DNA of 64,000 bases from a plasmid. This document shows positions 61,703 to 64,000 of the stretch, one piece after another. The DNA lies in sequence record AP025670.1; one strand, 5' to 3'. The translations under genes and the position numbers were made by a program. The notes under the pieces are model-generated. The model worked only from the letters and a program-made list of their open reading frames with translations, had not been told where the DNA came from and made no database searches. Numbering within the stretch: the first letter of the stretch is position 1; every line of letters begins with the position of its first letter.

Positions 61703-62623
61703 TCAGACAGACACCAGCGTTTTCACTTCTTCTTTCCCGAAAGCCTTGCACGTCAGCTCAGCTGATTCGCCAGCAAGAGCCGGGGCTTTCCATTTGATGA
61801 ACACGGTATTACCACGCGTTAAGATCTCAGCACCTTCCAGTTTGCATTCCGGTGCCTTAGTTTCACCACTGCGGGTAGCCTTTACCGTAAAGACCCATGC
61901 CACACCAGCGGTCAGGTTTTTCGGCATGTCATAGCGAAACTCTACTGGTGGGCTATCACTGGCCTGTACATCAGAAATATCAACTCCGGCTGATTTCAGC
62001 TCGTTCAGGGCCACTTCCCGGCTTTCACCCACACTTTCCTGCTCATGGATTTGCTGCTGGATCCACGCTTTATCACTTGAGGACAGAGATGAGGCATGAC
62101 TATTACTGCTGCTCAACATCCAGTACATCATCGCGAGCGTTGTCCAGTCAGTACCGCTACGCTTGCGCTCATCAATTATGGAGCTCACTTTCTCAGGTGG
62201 GGCTTTTGTCCCGATGTACGAAGCACTTCGCCCCGACGTACCGGAAAACTTTTGAGAAGAATTATCTCGGGCTGAAAATGCGGCCGGATTTTCTTTTGTG
62301 CCAATTTTGCCTTTGTTCTCCACCAGCTTCGCGCCACTGATGCTTTTCTTCGCCACCGGACTGCTTGCGGCTGAGGGCTCATTCTTTACGCCGCTTCCCG
62401 TCGCTGTAGATTCGGCACTGGTTTTATTGCTGCTGCTGGCGTTGTTTTTGCTGCTGGAGCTGCTGCTGGGCGAGGATGAAGGTTTGCTATAGCTGGATGA
62501 CGATTTGTAGGATGAACGATACGAACTCTTGTAGCTGGATTTATAGCCAGCCTCCACTGAGAAGGATAGAGCCAATAACAAACTGAAAAGACCGATCACC
62601 ATTTTGCTGATTTTGCCGTACAT
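61703..62623 (-). CDS. Secreted protein with a signal peptide followed by (S-S-Y-K/R) repeats and a poly-Ser low-complexity region, then a globular C-terminal domain; 306 aa.
   Basis: Signal 'MVIGLFSLLLALSFSVEA'; 'GYKSSYKSSYRSSYKSSSSYSKPSSSPSSSSSS'. Confidence 0.5.
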   Translation of the reverse strand: MYGKISKMVIGLFSLLLALSFSVEAGYKSSYKSSYRSSYKSSSSYSKPSSSPSSSSSSKNNASSSNKTSAESTATGSGVKNEPSAASSPVAKKSISGAKLVENKGKIGTKENPAAFSARDNSSQKFSGTSGRSASYIGTKAPPEKVSSIIDERKRSGTDWTTLAMMYWMLSSSNSHASSLSSSDKAWIQQQIHEQESVGESREVALNELKSAGVDISDVQASDSPPVEFRYDMPKNLTAGVAWVFTVKATRSGETKAPECKLEGAEILTRGNTVFIKWKAPALAGESAELTCKAFGKEEVKTLVSV

Positions 62624-62822
62624 GATTTCTCTCTCATTTCGTGGGCGCTGGTGCCCGTTAGTCTATGCAATGATTAAAACGCTAACACCCGGTGGCACCA
62701 TGTCGAATAGCATAATAAACAATTATTTTCGCAGCGCAGGCCACAGAAACAGGGGGGGGAAGGTAACAGAAACCCGCGCTGGTGGCGGGTAGATGGATGG
62801 CTGCATAACTGCATAATACGGC

Positions 62823-63191
62823 TCAGACGGTTAAAAGTGTTTTCGTCCAGTGCTTATCCGGTTGAACATTACTGACGATAAGGCACATCCTTGAATCAGC
62901 CACCAGCGAACCATACCAGATAGTGTGGCCGCACTTTGGATGATCACGAAAACCCCACCAGTCAAAATTTGAATCAGCTACGACAAAATTCACCCATGCA
63001 GGAATTGAATAGGCTACACCTTGGATACAGACCTGCTTCTTACCTTCTGAAATGCGAAGCGGCGTTTTCTCGCCGGGGCAATCATCAGATCGACAAGCAG
63101 CCTCATCATCATAGACACGACCACAATGCTCGCAGGTAAAGGGTAAGATAGGTGCAGACTCAAGAATTTCAGTGGTCAGTGGCTGGTTCAT
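62823..63191 (-). CDS. Hypothetical 122-aa protein (MNQPLTTEILESAPILPFTCEHCGRVYDDEAACRSDDCPGE...).
   Basis: Internal Met with an AAGGAG RBS is preferred to the long TM-like N-terminal extension. Confidence 0.45.
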   Translation of the reverse strand: MNQPLTTEILESAPILPFTCEHCGRVYDDEAACRSDDCPGEKTPLRISEGKKQVCIQGVAYSIPAWVNFVVADSNFDWWGFRDHPKCGHTIWYGSLVADSRMCLIVSNVQPDKHWTKTLLTV

Positions 63192-63449
63192 CGGTGATAG
63201 CTCCTTAATCATATAGTGTATGATTAAGATAGCATGAGCCCGCAATACCTCGAAGAGTGAGCAAAGGCTATACGGGCCAAAGTTAGTACGGCATACCCAT
63301 AGGGTAAGGGTAGTTTGGTAGTAAACGACTATGAGGGTAAGGGTAAGCTTGTAAGAAATCACCCGGAGGGTAAGAGAAAGTTGGCAGGATAAAGCTATTA
63401 GGGCTCAGGGTAGCTGATGCAAGGCTGGTGGCCTCGCATCAGAAATTAA

Positions 63450-63764
63450 TTAATGCTCTTGCGCGTTCTGCTGCTGTTCGTTCGACTCACCGTACAAGAC
63501 GATCCCGGATGTATCGATTTGGTTTTCTAACTGGCGCAGATCATAATTGCTCTGTAGCCGTAACCAAAACTCAGGCGTACTCCCCAGTGCCGCAGCAATA
63601 CGAATCGAAAGAGAAGGGGTCAACGCAGTTTTCCCCGCAAGTAGACGGGATACGGTTGCTGGTGTAACACCAATATTGTGAGCAAAACGACGACCACTCA
63701 CTCCCATATCCTCTAAATCGCGGGCTATCATCTCACCCGGATGTGAAACCTTGAATTGTCTCAT
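63450..63764 (-). CDS. higA: HigA-like antitoxin (XRE-family HTH).
   Basis: '[21 protein letters not shown]' HTH. Located downstream of the toxin gene with stop/start overlap (higBA order). Confidence 0.7.
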
Positions 63765-64000
63765 TAGTGATAATCCTCATAATTTAAAATGTAAGCATCA
63801 CCGTTAATGAACTGAAAAGTAATGCGCCAATTCGCCCGGACAGTGATAGACCAGTAACCTTCCCGATCCCCCTTTAATGGATGTAATTTGTAAATCTGGC
63901 GGTTTAGTTCACCAATCTCTGTCGCTGTATCGATGGCCTGCAAACGGTCATTGATTCTGTCTACATCTTGCGCAGGCACACCAGAAGTAACACCCTTTTC
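63764..64000 (-). CDS. higB: HigB-like toxin (RelE/ParE superfamily 'plasmid maintenance system killer'). The N-terminus is cut by the window edge.
   Basis: '[40 protein letters not shown]'. The reading frame continues past position 64000. Confidence 0.7.

Overview
The window reads as a mosaic segment of a large enterobacterial conjugative plasmid, probably a Klebsiella/Salmonella-type IncFIB-like backbone. All annotations are by eye from the sequence and ORF track; no database search was run.

- **1-13.3 kb:** backbone with a 5'-truncated ParB/KorB-like gene, a short N6-adenine-methylase-like gene, and a 14-gene same-strand block of uncharacterised genes. That block includes a DnaJ-type zinc-finger protein, an AbrB-fused C5-cytosine-methyltransferase-like protein, a P-loop protein and an ASCH protein. 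It is followed by lipoproteins and a plasmid topoisomerase III (topB).
- **13.3-38.0 kb:** an IS26-structured accessory region with four IS26 copies and no target-site duplications. It carries tetR(D)/tetA(D), a 2.8-kb inverted-repeat-bounded three-gene element (pRiA4b-ORF3-like protein, serine recombinase, 463-aa Zn-finger transposase-like protein), and a Tn3-family transposon with tnpA, res, tnpR and blaTEM-1 cut by IS26. It also carries IS30-family, IS3-family, IS110-family and IS1 remnants, the complete scrKYABR sucrose operon with ScrR operator palindromes, and a translocated leading-region fragment with a psiA paralogue.
- **38.0-48.3 kb:** a RepFIB-like iteron replicon (Rep_3 initiator flanked by direct and inverted iterons, a DnaA box and a GATC cluster) and a sopAB-type partition operon with upstream heptamer repeats.
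- **48.3-64.0 kb:** a leading-region-like array of about 25 small minus-strand genes, including a psiA-like gene, a ParB-like nuclease, an HExxH protein, P-loop, membrane and secreted Ser-rich proteins, ending in higBA (higB cut by the window edge).

The observations most worth a second look:
- a candidate tisB/istR-like type I toxin-antitoxin locus at 48.38-48.94 kb;
- a family of at least 13 near-identical promoter/operator modules (TTCGAC-N17-GATAAT with a conserved GGGGGTCGAA core) in front of the leading-region genes;
- a 75-bp dispersed structured element present twice;
- the uncharacterised inverted-repeat-bounded recombinase/transposase element next to tet(D).
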